64,000 nucleotides of DNA. It comes from an uncultured Clostridia bacterium. GTDB taxonomy: Bacteria; Bacillota; Clostridia; Oscillospirales; Acutalibacteraceae. Each line of letters opens with the position of its first letter. The stretch's first letter is position 1. The notes under the pieces are model-generated. The model did no database searches. It was not told the origin of the DNA and saw only the letters and a list, made by a program, of their open reading frames with translations. Positions 62,870 to 64,000 of the stretch are shown piece by piece. A program made the translations under genes and the position numbers. The stretch lies in contig CANQVS010000004.1 in NCBI GenBank assembly GCA_947627345.1, positions 37,609 through 101,608 of the forward strand, given 5' to 3'.

Positions 62870-63703
62870 TTACTTACCGTTTCTTCTGCGAACGATTAAT
62901 CTGTCGCTCTGCTTATGCTTCTTACGGGTCTTATAACCGAGAGCCGGTTTACCCCAAGGGGTAACAGGTCCGGGACGGCCGACAGGGGATTTACCTTCAC
63001 CACCGCCGTGAGGGTGGTCGTTCGGGTTCATAACAGAACCGCGGACTGTCGGGCGCCAGCCCATATTTCTCTTACGACCGGCTTTACCGATTTTAACGTT
63101 CTCGTGGTCTGTGTTGCCGACCTGGCCGATTGTTGCCATACAGCTTTCGGGAACGTTGCGAAGCTCTGAACTCGGAAGTCTTAAAAGAGCTAAACCGTTT
63201 TCTTTTGCCATAAGCTGTGCCATATTTCCGGCTGAACGGGCAAGCTGTGCTCCTCTGCCCGGATAAAGCTCAACGTTGTGAACAAAAGTACCTACGGGGA
63301 TATTTTTAAGCGGAAGCGCGTTGCCGGGCTTGATGTCAGCGTCAGGACCTGCAACAACCGTATCTCCTACCTTTAATCCCTCCGGGGCAACAATATATGC
63401 TTTCTCGCCGTCTGTGTACTCAATAAGGGCGATAAAAGCCGAGCGGTTCGGGTCATACTCTAAAGTAACGACCTTACCCTCTACGCCGAATTTCTGGCGT
63501 TTAAAATCAATAATACGATACTTTCTGCGGTTACCGCCGCCGCGATGACGAACGGTAATTCTGCCGTAGCTGTTACGGCCCGAATGCTTCTTTAAAGGAG
63601 CAAGCAAGCTCTTTTCGGGAGCAACCTTTGAAAGACCGGAGTAGTCAGTAACCGACTTATTTCTCATCGAGTTTATCGTCGGCTTATATACTTTAATAGC
63701 CAT
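62870..63703 (-). CDS. rplB: 50S ribosomal protein L2
   Basis: [17 protein letters not shown]. Confidence 0.99.
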   Translation of the reverse strand: MAIKVYKPTINSMRNKSVTDYSGLSKVAPEKSLLAPLKKHSGRNSYGRITVRHRGGGNRRKYRIIDFKRQKFGVEGKVVTLEYDPNRSAFIALIEYTDGEKAYIVAPEGLKVGDTVVAGPDADIKPGNALPLKNIPVGTFVHNVELYPGRGAQLARSAGNMAQLMAKENGLALLRLPSSELRNVPESCMATIGQVGNTDHENVKIGKAGRKRNMGWRPTVRGSVMNPNDHPHGGGEGKSPVGRPGPVTPWGKPALGYKTRKKHKQSDRLIVRRRNGK

Positions 63704-63849
63704 TTAATTCACTCTCCTCATGATGGCTTTGCGGGGAAATGGCGTTCCCCATACATTCTAAATACCGAATTATGTTTTTATTAGGATTAAAATCCCAATC
63801 TTCTTAAACCGAGTCTGCAAAGCTTTCTATATATAGTATAAATAACTTC

Positions 63850-63967
63850 AACGATTAGTTGTCGTCGGTCGCTATTTTAAGGCTCGAAGTCTCGGCTCTT
63901 CTTGATGTCAAGCCTCGTTGAGCTACGCTTCTCCTCTCATAACTCCCACTCGTCTAATCTGTTTCAA
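63850..63967. repeat. Imperfect long inverted repeat (MITE/REP-like) upstream of rplB
   Basis: GATTAG (63853-58) / CTAATC (63954-59) outer arms; inner CTC..CTTGA-tg-TCAAG..GAG. Confidence 0.35.
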
Positions 63968-64000
63968 ATTACTTTGTAATTCTTCACTGCCCAGTCCTCG

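Noticed and set aside
1-64000. tRNA, rRNA, transposase, integrase or prophage genes
   Set aside because: None recognised on either strand.

Overview
Chromosomal window from an AT-rich, spore-forming Clostridia bacterium. A Ruminococcus-like (Oscillospiraceae) host is inferred from the cohesin and CBM26-like proteins, dpaAB and glgBCDA; this is not proven. About half is core housekeeping DNA: rplB-rplQ (S10 part, spc, alpha), rpsL-rpsG-fusA-tuf, pgi, gap, rny, ispDF, proBAC, glgBCDA, dacF and dpaAB. The rest is accessory surface and regulatory genes: an ECF sigma/anti-sigma pair with two Ig-tailed secreted proteins, a two-component system with a hybrid ABC cluster, a BspA-type LRR protein, a formyltransferase remnant, two CBM26-like anchored proteins and a single-cohesin membrane protein. 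I found no rRNA, tRNA, CRISPR array or transposase. The most interesting signals are non-coding. (1) A roughly 170-200 nt leader occurs twice (15368-15565, 17261-17430). Each copy starts 7 nt after a near-consensus promoter, keeps the same predicted fold with different stem sequences and ends in a UUCG terminator just before the RBS; it is a candidate new attenuator or riboswitch. (2) A roughly 100 bp repeat family lies directly against the terminators of minus-strand genes and is expanded to a 99 bp tandem array behind tuf. (3) An orphan transcript (about 151-491) has a perfect sigma-A promoter, a 20-codon ORF and three further SD-led mini-ORFs. All folds and domain calls were made by eye, without searches or folding software.
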